Positions 49,658 through 60,146 of a DNA stretch of 64,000 bases are shown here, piece by piece. Numbering within the stretch: the first letter of the stretch is position 1; each line of letters begins with the position of its first letter. The DNA comes from Betaproteobacteria bacterium (GTDB lineage: Bacteria; Pseudomonadota; Gammaproteobacteria; Burkholderiales; Casimicrobiaceae): NCBI GenBank assembly GCA_031361045.1, contig JANMCH010000054.1, forward strand, positions 190 to 64,189, read 5' to 3'. Under the pieces are notes generated by a model that worked only from the letters and a program-made list of their open reading frames with translations, ran no database searches and was not told the origin of the DNA. Made by a program: the position numbers and the translations under genes.

Positions 49658-49870
49658 TGCAATTTCCTTTGGCTGGCGATGAAAGGTAGACAAACGTGAG
49701 CAATCGGCTGCGGCAACCTTCGGATTATCCATGCTGGCGGCCATGCGGGGAAGAATTCTGCACCGCCGGTCCCCATTGTCCAACGGATTGCGACCCAGGC
49801 CACGCTGACGCCTTGCGTGGCCGGCCCTTCGCGTTCACCATCGGCCAACGCCCGATGCAGACTGCAGGAC

Positions 49871-52624
49871 ATGGCCCCGAAGAAATCCACCGAAACGACC
49901 CCGCTGACCGCCGAAGAGCTGCGGCTGGCCGCTGCACGCGACGAGAACGTGCCGTGGCGGCGCTGGGGCCCCTACGTGAGCGAACGCCAGTGGGGCACGG
50001 TGCGCGAGGACTACAGTCCGGGCGGCTCGGCCTGGGACTACTTTCCGCACGATCACGCGCGCTCACGCGCCTATCGCTGGGGCGAGGACGGCATCGCCGG
50101 CATCTGCGACGACCGCCAGCAGCTCTGCTTTGCGCTGACGCTCTGGAATGGCCAGGACCCGATCCTCAAGGAGCGGATGTTCGGTCTCACGGGTCCCGAG
50201 GGCAATCACGGCGAGGACGTGAAGGAGTACTACTTCTACCTCGACAACGTGCCCAGCCACGCCTATATGAAGTACCTGTACAAGTATCCGCAGCGGGCTT
50301 TCCCCTACAACGACCTGGTGGAGGAAAATCGCCGCCGCAATCGCCTGGAGCCGGAATACGAACTGCTCGATACCGGCGTGTTCGACGACGATCGCTACTT
50401 CGACGTCCTGGTCGAATACGCGAAGGCCACGCCCGACGACATCCTGGTTCGCATCACCGCCACCAATCGCGGACCGGACGCGGCCCCGCTGCATCTGCTG
50501 CCGACACTGTGGTTCAAGAACGTGTGGTCGTGGTATCCGGACGCGATGGGCCTGGTCAAGCCACAGATCGAGGTTGCGCGCTCGGCGCCGGGCCTGTCGG
50601 TGCTGAAGACCATCCACCGCTCGCTGCCTGCGTATTCGCTGTATTGCGAGAAGCCCGACGCACTGCTGTTCACCGAGAACGACACGAACACGCAGCGCAT
50701 CTTCGGCGAGCCCAATGCGCAACCGTACGTGAAGGATGCGTTCGACAATTTCCTCGTGCATGGACAGCGCGACGCCGTCAATCCGGCCTTGACCGGCACG
50801 AAGGCGGCCGCGCACTACACGCGCATGGTGCCCGCCGGTGAGTCGACCGTCATCCAGTTGCGCCTGACCCCCGACGGCGCGCTCGCCGCCCCGTTCTCGC
50901 ACCAATTCGACGCCACGTTCATCCAGCGGCAACTCGAAGCCGACGCGTTTTACCATCGCGTCACGCCCTTCCCGCTGTCGGACGACATGCGCAACGTGCA
51001 GCGGCAGGCCTTCGCCGGCATGCTGTGGAGCAAGCAGTACTACCGCTACATGGTGAATCGCTGGCTCGATGGCGACAAGGCAGGCGCCAAGCCGCCCGAG
51101 GAGCGCAAGAACGGGCGCAATCACAGCTGGCGCCACTTTGCCGCCGGCGACGTGCTGTCGATGCCGGACAAGTGGGAGTACCCGTGGTTCGCCGCGTGGG
51201 ATCTTGCTTTCCACTGCGTGCCGCTGGCGATGATCGATCCCGATTTCGCGAAGGATCAGCTGCTGCTGCTGATGCGCGAGTGGTACATGCATCCCAACGG
51301 CCAGATCCCGGCCTACGAATGGGCCTTCGGCGACGTGAATCCGCCGGTGCATGCGTGGGCGGCGATCCGCGTCTACCAGATCGAGCAGAAGATGTACGGT
51401 CGCGGCGATCGCAAGTTCCTGGAGAAGATTTTCCAGAAACTGCTGCTCAACTTCACGTGGTGGGTCAATCGCAAGGACGCCGAAGGCAACAACATCTTCG
51501 AGGGCGGCTTCCTGGGTCTGGACAATATCAGCGCGTTCGACCGCACCTCGGGGTTGCCCACGGGGGGGCAACTCGAGCAGGCGGACGGCACGAGCTGGAT
51601 GGCCATGTACTGCCTCAACCTGCTGGGCATCGCGCTGGAGCTGGCCAAGGAAGACGACGTCTACGAGGACATCGCCACCAAGTTCTTCGAGCATTTCGTG
51701 TACATCGGTGCCGCGGTCAACAAGATGGGCGACCGGCAGGATGGCCTGTGGGATGACGAGGACGGTTATTACTACGACGTGCTGAAATTCCCCGACGGCA
51801 GGTGCTTTCGCATCGACGTGCAGTCGATTGCCGGGCTGATTCCCATCTTCGCCATCGGCATCGGCGATCAGCGCAGCCTGGAGGCGTTTCCGGATTTCGG
51901 CGAGCGGCTGCGCTGGTTCGCCATGTACCGTCCTGACCTGCTGACCGGCATCGCGGACCCGACGCACCTAGGTGTCGAGGATCGCATCCGTTTGGGAATC
52001 GTCGACTCGGCCAAGTTGCGGCGCATCCTGACCAAGGTGCTCGACGAGGATGGACTGCTGAGTCCGAACGGCGTGCGCTCGGTATCGAGGCAACATGCCG
52101 CCAATCCGTTCATGCTCGGCATCGGCGAACAGCATTTTTCGCTCGACTACGCACCGGCCGAGTCGACCTCGGGACTGTTCGGCGGCAATTCGAACTGGCG
52201 CGGCCCCGTGTGGTTCCCGCTCAATTTCCTGTTGATCGAATCGCTGCAGAAGCACCATTACTACCTGGGCGACAATTTCACGGTGGAGTTGCCCGCCGGA
52301 TCGGGCAAGCAGGCAACGCTCTGGGAAGTGACCACCGACCTCTCCTACAGGCTGATCGAACTGTTTCTGCAGGACGACGCCGGCCGGCGGCCGGTCAACG
52401 CCAACCGCACCAAATTCCAGACCGATCCGCACTGGATGGACCTCATCTCGTTCTACGAGTATTTCAACGGCGACACCGGCGAAGGACTGGGTGCCAGCCA
52501 TCAGACGGGATGGACGGGTGTCGTTGCCAAATTGATCCACCAGTACGCCGAGTACGCGCTGCAGAACAAGGCACCGGGGCTGACGCGTGACGACGGACTC
52601 GGCGCGTCGAAGCCGGAGCAGTGA
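49871..52624 (+). CDS. Large cytoplasmic GH63-like (MGH1-like) glucosidase
   Basis: The start is the ATG at 49871; about 917 aa with no signal peptide. [21 protein letters not shown]...YRWGEDGI...[17 protein letters not shown]... sits at the N-terminus. The C-terminal (alpha/alpha)6-type region has ...[13 protein letters not shown]... and ...[10 protein letters not shown]. Confidence 0.7.
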   Translation: MAPKKSTETTPLTAEELRLAAARDENVPWRRWGPYVSERQWGTVREDYSPGGSAWDYFPHDHARSRAYRWGEDGIAGICDDRQQLCFALTLWNGQDPILKERMFGLTGPEGNHGEDVKEYYFYLDNVPSHAYMKYLYKYPQRAFPYNDLVEENRRRNRLEPEYELLDTGVFDDDRYFDVLVEYAKATPDDILVRITATNRGPDAAPLHLLPTLWFKNVWSWYPDAMGLVKPQIEVARSAPGLSVLKTIHRSLPAYSLYCEKPDALLFTENDTNTQRIFGEPNAQPYVKDAFDNFLVHGQRDAVNPALTGTKAAAHYTRMVPAGESTVIQLRLTPDGALAAPFSHQFDATFIQRQLEADAFYHRVTPFPLSDDMRNVQRQAFAGMLWSKQYYRYMVNRWLDGDKAGAKPPEERKNGRNHSWRHFAAGDVLSMPDKWEYPWFAAWDLAFHCVPLAMIDPDFAKDQLLLLMREWYMHPNGQIPAYEWAFGDVNPPVHAWAAIRVYQIEQKMYGRGDRKFLEKIFQKLLLNFTWWVNRKDAEGNNIFEGGFLGLDNISAFDRTSGLPTGGQLEQADGTSWMAMYCLNLLGIALELAKEDDVYEDIATKFFEHFVYIGAAVNKMGDRQDGLWDDEDGYYYDVLKFPDGRCFRIDVQSIAGLIPIFAIGIGDQRSLEAFPDFGERLRWFAMYRPDLLTGIADPTHLGVEDRIRLGIVDSAKLRRILTKVLDEDGLLSPNGVRSVSRQHAANPFMLGIGEQHFSLDYAPAESTSGLFGGNSNWRGPVWFPLNFLLIESLQKHHYYLGDNFTVELPAGSGKQATLWEVTTDLSYRLIELFLQDDAGRRPVNANRTKFQTDPHWMDLISFYEYFNGDTGEGLGASHQTGWTGVVAKLIHQYAEYALQNKAPGLTRDDGLGASKPEQ

Positions 52625-54537
52625 ACCTCGCATCGCTGCACGACGAGTGGCTGGAGAGCGACGGCACCGGCGGTTACGCTTCCGGAACCGTCGGCCTGAT
52701 CCGTACGCGCCGCTACCACGCGCTGTTGCTGGTCGCGCGCACGCCGCCAACCGACCGCGTCGCACTCGTCAACGGAGTCGACGCGTGGGTCGAGACGTCC
52801 GCCGAAACGTTCCCACTCTCTGCGCAGCAGTACACGCCGGGGGTCGTGCATCCTCGCGGCATGGACTTCCTCGCCGATTTTTCGCACGCGCCGTGGCCGC
52901 GCTGGACGTTTCGCAGCCCAGGCGGCATCGAGGTCGTCCACGAGGTGATCGTCGATCGTACCGAGGGCAGCGTGCTGCTGTCCTGGCGTCTTGCCCATCC
53001 CATCGCTGATGTTCGGCTGCGCGTGCGCCCGTTGCTGTCGGGGCGCGACTATCACGCGTTGATGCACGAGAATCCGGTATTCGATTTTGCCGCGCGCGTC
53101 GAGGGCGGCAATGTCATGTGGCGTCCCTATGCCGCGTTGCCGGACATCTTCGCGCTGACCAATGGCCGCTACACCCACGAGCCTTCGTGGTACCGCAATT
53201 TTGACTACCGCGAAGAGGCCGCTCGCGGACTCGACCACATCGAGGACCTTGCCGCGCCAGGGACATTCGCGTTCGAGCTGTCGCAAGGCGATGCCGTGAT
53301 GGTGCTGCGCGCGGGGGGCCGCCTCGAAGTGAACGCAGTCCCGCTGGCCGCCCACGTGCGCGACCGGGAAACGGCGCGGCGACAGGCCTTGCAACCGCTG
53401 CACCGCGCGGCCGAAGCGTTCATCGTCCATGGCGACCGCGGCGAGACGATCATCGCCGGCTACCCGTGGTTTGCCGACTGGGGACGCGACACGTTCATCG
53501 CGATGCGCGGCCTGGTTCTCGCGCGCGGACGCTTCGATGTCGCAGAGCGCATCCTGCTCGCGTGGTCCGAGACCGTGTCCGAGGGCATGCTGCCCAACCG
53601 CTTTCCGGAGCACGGCGGCGAGCCGGAATTCAATTCCGTCGACGCCTCGTTGTGGTTCGTGGTTGTCGTGCACGAATTCCTGATGGCCGCCCGCCCTGCC
53701 GACGCCGTGCGCGCGCGATTGCTCGACGCAGCTGCCGCCATAGTCGACGGTTACGCCAGGGGCACGCGCTTCGGCATCCGGATGGACACCGACGGACTTC
53801 TCGCGTGCGGCGTTCCCGGCGTGCAGCTGACCTGGATGGACGCGCGCGTCGATGGTCGCGTGATCACGCCGCGCATCGGCAAGCCGGTGGAAATCGAGGC
53901 GCTGTGGATCAATGCGCTGCGCGTGGCCGGCGGACGCTACACCGCGATCGCCGATCGCGCGCAAGCCGCGTTCGCGTCGCGCTTCTGGAATGCCGACACC
54001 GGTTGCCTTTTCGACGTCGTGGACGCGGATCACATCGACGGGCGCAACGAGGGCAGCATCCGTCCCAACCAGCTCTTCGCCGCGGGCGGACTGCCGCACC
54101 GTATCGTCACAGGCGATGTCGCGCGCGCCATCGTCACCATGGTTGAGCGAGAGCTGATGACGACCCTCGGCCCGCGCACGCTGGCGGCAGGCGACGCGGC
54201 GTACCGCCCGCGCTGCGAAGGGGGCGTACCCGAACGCGACGGCGCTTACCATCAGGGCACCGTCTGGCCCTGGCTCATCGGCGCGTTTGTCGACGCATGG
54301 CTCAATGTCAACGGCGACGACGATTGGCATCGCGCCGACGCGCGGCAACGTTTCCTGTTGCCGCTGCACGACCACCTGCGCATCGCGGGACTGGGCCACA
54401 TCAGCGAGATTGCCGATGGCGCCCCACCGCACACGCCGCGCGGTTGTCCGTTCCAGGCGTGGTCGCTGGGCGAATTCCTGCGCGCAATGGCGCGGACGGC
54501 GCCGCGGGCATCCGGGCAACAGGTTGCGCCGAACTGA
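52621..54537 (+). CDS. Glycogen-debranching-enzyme-like protein (GDE N-terminal domain + amylo-alpha-1,6-glucosidase, GH133-like)
   Basis: The GTG start overlaps the upstream stop (GTGA). It has [25 protein letters not shown], ...[15 protein letters not shown] and ...CPFQAWS.GEFLRA motifs; 638 aa. Confidence 0.8.
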   Translation: MNLASLHDEWLESDGTGGYASGTVGLIRTRRYHALLLVARTPPTDRVALVNGVDAWVETSAETFPLSAQQYTPGVVHPRGMDFLADFSHAPWPRWTFRSPGGIEVVHEVIVDRTEGSVLLSWRLAHPIADVRLRVRPLLSGRDYHALMHENPVFDFAARVEGGNVMWRPYAALPDIFALTNGRYTHEPSWYRNFDYREEAARGLDHIEDLAAPGTFAFELSQGDAVMVLRAGGRLEVNAVPLAAHVRDRETARRQALQPLHRAAEAFIVHGDRGETIIAGYPWFADWGRDTFIAMRGLVLARGRFDVAERILLAWSETVSEGMLPNRFPEHGGEPEFNSVDASLWFVVVVHEFLMAARPADAVRARLLDAAAAIVDGYARGTRFGIRMDTDGLLACGVPGVQLTWMDARVDGRVITPRIGKPVEIEALWINALRVAGGRYTAIADRAQAAFASRFWNADTGCLFDVVDADHIDGRNEGSIRPNQLFAAGGLPHRIVTGDVARAIVTMVERELMTTLGPRTLAAGDAAYRPRCEGGVPERDGAYHQGTVWPWLIGAFVDAWLNVNGDDDWHRADARQRFLLPLHDHLRIAGLGHISEIADGAPPHTPRGCPFQAWSLGEFLRAMARTAPRASGQQVAPN

Positions 54538-54670
54538 CCGGCTGGTTACCATGGGTCGCAACGCCCGATGTCAAAAAAATACCTGGCAAGTCGGTTACCA
54601 AAATGAGAGTGGCGGCAGTCCAAGCGCCCGACCGGCTCCGGCAGCAACGTAGCCCCCCAAGGAGGAAGCA

Positions 54671-55684
54671 ATGAATCGCAGCATTCGCACACTGTTGGTC
54701 GCTGGATCCGCGCTGTTGGCGGTAGCCATGGCGCCCGCCGCGTCGGCGCAGCAATGGAAGCCGACCAAGCCGATAACGATCATCGTGCCGTGGGCCGCCG
54801 GCGGCTCCACCGACCAGGTCACGCGCGTGACGGCTGCCGAGATCGAAAAAGCGCTCGGCCAGAAGGTCGTCATCGTCAATCAGCCTGGCGCGTCCGGTTC
54901 GATCGGAACCAAGAACGCCCTCGAAGCGCCCAAGGACGGCTACACGTGGGCGGCCGGGGCGGCACAGGATCTCGGCACCTACGCGGTGCTTGGCATGCTC
55001 GACACGAAGATCGGCGATTGGGCGCTCTTCCTCAATGTCGCCAATGTCTCGACGCTGTCGGTCAATCCCAACACGCCGTACAAAACGCCGACCGAACTGA
55101 TCGACGCGATGAAGGCCAAGCCGGGCGCGATCAGCGTCGCGACGGCGGGGGTCAACTCCAGCGGCCACAGCGCGATGGAGGCCATCGCCAAGGCCACCGG
55201 CGTCAAGTACAAGCACGTCACGTACGACGGCGGCAACCCGGCGGTGGTGGCAACGGTGGCGGGCGAAACGGACGTCACGACCCAGCTCACCGCGGAGCAG
55301 GCCGAGATGATCCGCGGCAAGAAGTTGCGCGCGCTCGCGGTGATCGGCGACAAGCCCGTCGAGATCGACGGCTACGGAATAATCGAACCGCTCACCAAGT
55401 CGGTGCCGGGCTTCAAGGCGCCCGCCAACTACTTCGGCATCTTCATTCCAAAGACCGTGCCGCCGGAGGTGATTGCAACCATCGAGAAGATCTGGACCGA
55501 GCAGATGGTCAACTCCGTGGCGCTCAAGCAGTACGCGACGGCACGCGGCGCGCAGTTCGCACCGATTGCCGGTGCCGATGCGCAGAAGGCGGTATTCCCG
55601 GCCGTGCAGGCCAACGCCTGGGCTGCCGCCGACACGGGCAAGGCAAAAGTCGCCCCGGACACGCTCGGCATTCCGCGTCCGTAG
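54671..55684 (+). CDS. tctC: Tripartite tricarboxylate transporter substrate-binding protein (TctC/Bug family)
   Basis: It has a signal peptide (..LLAVAMAPAASAQ), then KPITIIVPWAAGGSTDQVTR typical of the Bug family; 337 aa. Confidence 0.9.
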   Translation: MNRSIRTLLVAGSALLAVAMAPAASAQQWKPTKPITIIVPWAAGGSTDQVTRVTAAEIEKALGQKVVIVNQPGASGSIGTKNALEAPKDGYTWAAGAAQDLGTYAVLGMLDTKIGDWALFLNVANVSTLSVNPNTPYKTPTELIDAMKAKPGAISVATAGVNSSGHSAMEAIAKATGVKYKHVTYDGGNPAVVATVAGETDVTTQLTAEQAEMIRGKKLRALAVIGDKPVEIDGYGIIEPLTKSVPGFKAPANYFGIFIPKTVPPEVIATIEKIWTEQMVNSVALKQYATARGAQFAPIAGADAQKAVFPAVQANAWAAADTGKAKVAPDTLGIPRP

Positions 55685-56205
55685 TGACCATCGCCGTCTA
55701 CCCCTCGTCGCCGCGACGCGACCTGCAGGGCGGCATTGTCTGGGCTGCGCTGGGCAGCGTCATCGTCGTAATGTCGTGGCAGATGGACCGGATGACGCAG
55801 CAAGGCGCGACATTGCACACCGCGCCGGGTCTGTGGCCCTTCATCGTTGGCGCGCTGCTCGCAGCGCTGGGCGGCGTGCTGATGCTGCGGTCGTGGCGCC
55901 GCGCGCAGCGTATCGGCTGGGACGCCGCTGAGGCCGACGACACCGATTACGCGCCGCTGTCGAGTTTCACGATTGCTGCGGCGATGTTCCTCATCTACGC
56001 GTTGCTGCTCGTGGGCCGCGGCTTGCCGTTCTGGCTGGGCACCGCACTATTCGTCACGGCATTCGTGTTCGTTTTCCAGTATGTCGAGCGCAAGGCTGCC
56101 GGCAGGGTGGCGCGCGGCTTCATCGTCGCGCTCGCCTGCGGCGTCATCACGTCCTTCATCATCACGCTCGTCTTCGAACAACTCTTCTACGTGCGGCTGC
56201 CGTAG
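55684..56205 (+). CDS. tctB: Tripartite tricarboxylate transporter small membrane subunit TctB
   Basis: The GTG at 55684 overlaps the tctC stop by 1 nt. It is about 173 aa with 4 predicted TM segments and sits between tctC and tctA. The start is uncertain. Confidence 0.7.
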   Translation: MTIAVYPSSPRRDLQGGIVWAALGSVIVVMSWQMDRMTQQGATLHTAPGLWPFIVGALLAALGGVLMLRSWRRAQRIGWDAAEADDTDYAPLSSFTIAAAMFLIYALLLVGRGLPFWLGTALFVTAFVFVFQYVERKAAGRVARGFIVALACGVITSFIITLVFEQLFYVRLP

Positions 56206-56233
56206 CAGGCGCACCGCCCGGTAAATACCCACC

Positions 56234-57757
56234 ATGTTCGACGGCCTCATCGCGTTCGGTCACTCGATCTGGAGTTTCTGCGATCCCCTCTCGCTGGGGC
56301 TGATCCTGCTGTCCTCGCTGGTCGGGGTCATCATCGGCGCGCTTCCAGGCTTGACCGCCACGATGGGCGTCGCATTGATGACGACGCTGACCATCAAGAT
56401 GCCGTCGAACCAGGCGCTGCTGGTGCTGATCTGCACCTACGTCGGCGCGATCTACGGCGGCTCGCGCTCGGCCATCCTGCTCAATATTCCGGGAACGCCC
56501 GCCTCCGCGGCATCGTGCCTCGACGGACATGCGCTGGCCAAGCAGGGTCATGCGGGCCGCGCAATGGGCATCGCGACGTCGGGCTCGGTGCTGGGCACGC
56601 TGATCGGCATGTTCTTCCTCGCGCTGTTCACGCCTGTCCTCGGCAATCTCGCGCTCAAGTTCGGTGCCTATGAATTCTTCTGGCTCGCGCTGTTCGGGGT
56701 GATCATCGCCGGAACGCTGACTGGCGACGACCCGCTCAAAGGCTGGATCGCGGGACTCATCGGCATCTTCACCGCGTCGGTCGGGCAGGAAGCCATCTAC
56801 GCGTTCGACCGGTTCAGCTTCGGCAGCCGCGATTTGGCCGGCGGCTTCAATCTGGTGCCCGCATTGGTCGGCGCGTTCGGTTTTGCGGAACTGCTCATGG
56901 CCGTGCGCGAGCGGCCCGCGCCGGTGAAGATCAATCCGTTCGATTCGGTCATCCCGAAGTTGCAGGACGTCACCAAGTATTGGCGGACGATCCTGCGCTC
57001 CGGCGTCATCGGCACGTTCATCGGCATCCTCCCCGGCGTGGGCGAGGATGTCGCGGCGTGGTCGTCGTATGCCGCCGCCAAGCGCGTAAGCAAGGAAAAG
57101 GAACTGTTCGGCAAAGGGTCGATCGACGGCTTGATGGCCGCCGAGACCGGCGACAACGCGTGCGTGCCTGGCGCGGTGATTCCCGTGCTGACGCTGGCCA
57201 TTCCCGGTTCCGCGCCCGCGGCCGTGCTGATGGCGGCCATGCTGATCCACGGCATCCGCCCCGGCCCGATGATCATGGTCGAGAACCCGACGTTCGTCTA
57301 CGACGTGGTCGCGATGATGATGTTTGCAACACTCGGCATCCTGCTCTACGGCCTCACGCTCACCAACCTGCTGATCAAGGTGCTGATGGTCCCGAAGCCG
57401 ATCATCCTGCCGATCATCTTCGTGTTGTGCGTCGTCGGGTCCTACGCCATTTCACAGCGTCTGTTCGACGTCTGGGTCATGCTGGGATTCGGCGTGCTCG
57501 GTTACGGATTGCGCCGTTTCGACTATCCCGTTGCACCGCTGGTTCTTGGGATGGTGCTCGGCGACCTGATGGAGAAAGGCTTCCGGCGCGGACTGGTTCT
57601 GTCCGACGGTGAGCTTCTGCCGTTCTTCACGCGGCCGATCTCGGCCGTGCTGTGGGTCACGATCGTGCTGGTCATCCTGCTCAAGTTCCCGATCGTCACG
57701 CGCGCGCTCGGCCGCATCACGCGGCGCGCGCCGCCGGCATCCACCCCATCAAAGTAA
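56234..57757 (+). CDS. tctA: Tripartite tricarboxylate transporter large permease TctA
   Basis: 507 aa and polytopic. GALPGLTATMGVAL... and ...GILPGVGEDVAAW.SY are TctA hallmarks. Confidence 0.92.
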   Translation: MFDGLIAFGHSIWSFCDPLSLGLILLSSLVGVIIGALPGLTATMGVALMTTLTIKMPSNQALLVLICTYVGAIYGGSRSAILLNIPGTPASAASCLDGHALAKQGHAGRAMGIATSGSVLGTLIGMFFLALFTPVLGNLALKFGAYEFFWLALFGVIIAGTLTGDDPLKGWIAGLIGIFTASVGQEAIYAFDRFSFGSRDLAGGFNLVPALVGAFGFAELLMAVRERPAPVKINPFDSVIPKLQDVTKYWRTILRSGVIGTFIGILPGVGEDVAAWSSYAAAKRVSKEKELFGKGSIDGLMAAETGDNACVPGAVIPVLTLAIPGSAPAAVLMAAMLIHGIRPGPMIMVENPTFVYDVVAMMMFATLGILLYGLTLTNLLIKVLMVPKPIILPIIFVLCVVGSYAISQRLFDVWVMLGFGVLGYGLRRFDYPVAPLVLGMVLGDLMEKGFRRGLVLSDGELLPFFTRPISAVLWVTIVLVILLKFPIVTRALGRITRRAPPASTPSK

Positions 57758-57772
57758 TCGGAGTACTGCAAC

Positions 57773-58936
57773 GTGGAAACCATCCGCTTGGGCGTGATCA
57801 TGAACGGCGTCACCGGCCGCATGGGCACCAACCAGCATCTGCTTCGCTCGATCATCGCGATCCGCAACCAGGGCGGCGTCCCTGCCGGTCCCGGGCGCCG
57901 CATCATGCCGGACCCGATACTGGTCGGCCGCGATGCGGCCAAGGTCGAGGCGCTTGCGCGAGCGCACGGCATCGAGCGCTGGACGAGCGATCTCGACGCC
58001 GCGCTGGCCAACAAGAATGATGAAATCTACTTCGACAGCGCGTCGACGGGCCTGCGCCCCGAACTGATCCGCAAGGCGATCGCCGCGGGCAAGCACATCT
58101 ACACGGAAAAGCCGGTCGCGCCGACGGTGGCCGAGGCACTCGATCTTTACCGGCGCGCCGAAGGCGCAGGCGTACGACACGGCGTCGTGCAGGACAAGCT
58201 GTGGCTGCCCGGACTGCTCAAGCTGAAAATGCTCATCGATTCGGGTTTCTTCGGACGCATCCTCTCGGTGCGCGGCGAATTCGGGTACTGGGTCTTCGAG
58301 GGCGACTGGCAAGCGGCGCAGCGGCCCTCCTGGAACTATCGGAAGGAGGACGACGGCGGCATCATCGTCGACATGCTGTGTCATTGGCGCTATGTGCTCG
58401 ACAATCTTTTCGGTGCCGTGAAAAGCGTCATGTGTCTCGGCACGACGCACATCCCGCAGCGGTGGGATGAGGCCGGCAAGCCGTACGCGGCCACCGCCGA
58501 CGACGCCGCCTACGCCACGTTCGAACTCGACGGCGGCGGGAAAGAGCTCATCATTGCGCAGATCAACAGCTCGTGGTGCACGCGCGTCCGGCGCGACGAC
58601 CTGGCCACGTTCCACGTCGACGGCACGCTCGGTTCGGCCGTTGCGGGATTGACTGGATGCCGCATCCAGCCGCGGGCCGCAACGCCCAAGCCCGTGTGGA
58701 ATCCCGATGTTCCGCAAACCATCGACTTCTACGATACGTGGGCGGAAGTTCCGGCGAACCGCGCCTACGACAACGCGTTCAAGGTCGAGTGGGAACTGTT
58801 CCTGCGCCACGTCGTTGACGGCGGTCCGTTCCGCTGGAACCTGCTGGAGGGCGCGAAAGGCGTGCAGCTGGCCGAGCTCGGCTTGCAGAGTTGGCGCGAA
58901 CGTCGATTCGTCGACGTGCCGGAGCTGAAGGTCTAG
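57773..58936 (+). CDS. Gfo/Idh/MocA family oxidoreductase
   Basis: It has an N-terminal Rossmann region (IRLGVIMNGVTGRMG...) and the ...GKHIYTEKP motif; 387 aa with a GTG start. Confidence 0.85.
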   Translation: METIRLGVIMNGVTGRMGTNQHLLRSIIAIRNQGGVPAGPGRRIMPDPILVGRDAAKVEALARAHGIERWTSDLDAALANKNDEIYFDSASTGLRPELIRKAIAAGKHIYTEKPVAPTVAEALDLYRRAEGAGVRHGVVQDKLWLPGLLKLKMLIDSGFFGRILSVRGEFGYWVFEGDWQAAQRPSWNYRKEDDGGIIVDMLCHWRYVLDNLFGAVKSVMCLGTTHIPQRWDEAGKPYAATADDAAYATFELDGGGKELIIAQINSSWCTRVRRDDLATFHVDGTLGSAVAGLTGCRIQPRAATPKPVWNPDVPQTIDFYDTWAEVPANRAYDNAFKVEWELFLRHVVDGGPFRWNLLEGAKGVQLAELGLQSWRERRFVDVPELKV

Positions 58937-58945
58937 TTCCCGCCG

Positions 58946-60139
58946 ATGGCGACCACGATCAGACTCCCGCAATCCGACGGCACGATCGCGCCGTACGCGC
59001 TGCGCGCAGCCGTCGACTGGCCCGTGCCATCGACCGCGCCGCGCTGGAATCGCGTGGCCTTCGCCGCCGCGCATGTCGTCGCCGATCCGCGTGCCGCCAT
59101 CGATCCCTGGCTGCAGACCGCCGTCGACTGGGACAGCACACTCGCGTTCAGGCGGCACCTGTGGTCGCACGGCTTCGCTGTTGCCGAAGCGATGGACACA
59201 GCACAACGCGGCATGGGACTCGACTGGCCGACGTCGCTCGAGCTCATCCGGCGCAGCGTGGGGGAAGCGCGCGACATTCCAGGCGCGGTCGTATTTTCAG
59301 GCGCAGGCACCGACCATCTTCCCGCAGGCGCCAATGTGTCGCTGGACGCGATCGTCGCCGCCTACGAGGCGCAGTGCGAGGCAATCGAGTCGGCCGGCGG
59401 TCGCATCATCCTGATGGCGAGCCGGGCGTTAGCCGCGTGCGCGCGCTCGCCCGACGACTATGAAGTTGTCTATGGACGCGTGCTGGCGCAGTTACGCGAG
59501 CCGGTCATCCTGCACTGGCTGGGCGAGATGTTCGACCCGGCGCTTGCCGGTTACTGGGTGGGCGCGGGCGGCCTCGGGAGTGACCCCGACCACGCCCGCG
59601 CAACGGATGTTTGCGCCGCGGTCATCCGCGCCAACGCAACGAAGGTGGATGGCGTCAAGGTGTCGCTGCTCGACCAGGAAAAGGAGGTCGCGCTGCGCTC
59701 GCGACTGCCGGCGGGCGTGCGCATGTACACCGGCGACGACTTCAATTTCGCGGCACTGATCGGCGGCGATGCCACCGGACACTCCGATGCGCTCCTCGGC
59801 ATCTTCGATGCGATCGCGCCTGCCGCGTCCGCGGCGCTGACCGCGCTTGCCGTCGGCGACCGTGCCCGCTTCGACGCGATTCTGGCGCCGACCGTCCCGC
59901 TCTCGCGCCATGTCTTCGCGGCGCCGACGCGTTTCTACAAGACGGGCGTGGTGTTCCTCGCGTGGCTCAACGGTCACCAGTCGCATTTCACGATGGTCGG
60001 CGGCCAGCAGAGCGCGCGCAGTGTCGTCCACCTGTCGGAACTGTTCCGGCTTGCCGACGGTGCCGGATTGTTGCGCGACCCCGGGCTGGCGGCATCGCGG
60101 ATGCGCGCGTTCCTCGCCATCAACGGCATCGAGTACTGA
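58946..60139 (+). CDS. DUF993 family protein (dihydrodipicolinate-synthase-like TIM barrel)
   Basis: 397 aa. VAFAAAHVVADP...IDW..TLAFRRHLWS.GF.VAEAMDTAQRGMGLDW resembles the DUF993 family pattern. This call is from memory and needs confirmation. Confidence 0.6.
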   Translation: MATTIRLPQSDGTIAPYALRAAVDWPVPSTAPRWNRVAFAAAHVVADPRAAIDPWLQTAVDWDSTLAFRRHLWSHGFAVAEAMDTAQRGMGLDWPTSLELIRRSVGEARDIPGAVVFSGAGTDHLPAGANVSLDAIVAAYEAQCEAIESAGGRIILMASRALAACARSPDDYEVVYGRVLAQLREPVILHWLGEMFDPALAGYWVGAGGLGSDPDHARATDVCAAVIRANATKVDGVKVSLLDQEKEVALRSRLPAGVRMYTGDDFNFAALIGGDATGHSDALLGIFDAIAPAASAALTALAVGDRARFDAILAPTVPLSRHVFAAPTRFYKTGVVFLAWLNGHQSHFTMVGGQQSARSVVHLSELFRLADGAGLLRDPGLAASRMRAFLAINGIEY

Positions 60140-60146
60140 GTTCGAC

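Noticed and set aside
54754-55683. The upstream 310 codons of the 483-aa ORF that contains tctB.
   Set aside because: This part overlaps tctC in another frame and translates to Arg/Gly-rich low-complexity sequence. Only the hydrophobic C-terminal roughly 173 aa, from the GTG at 55684, looks like TctB.
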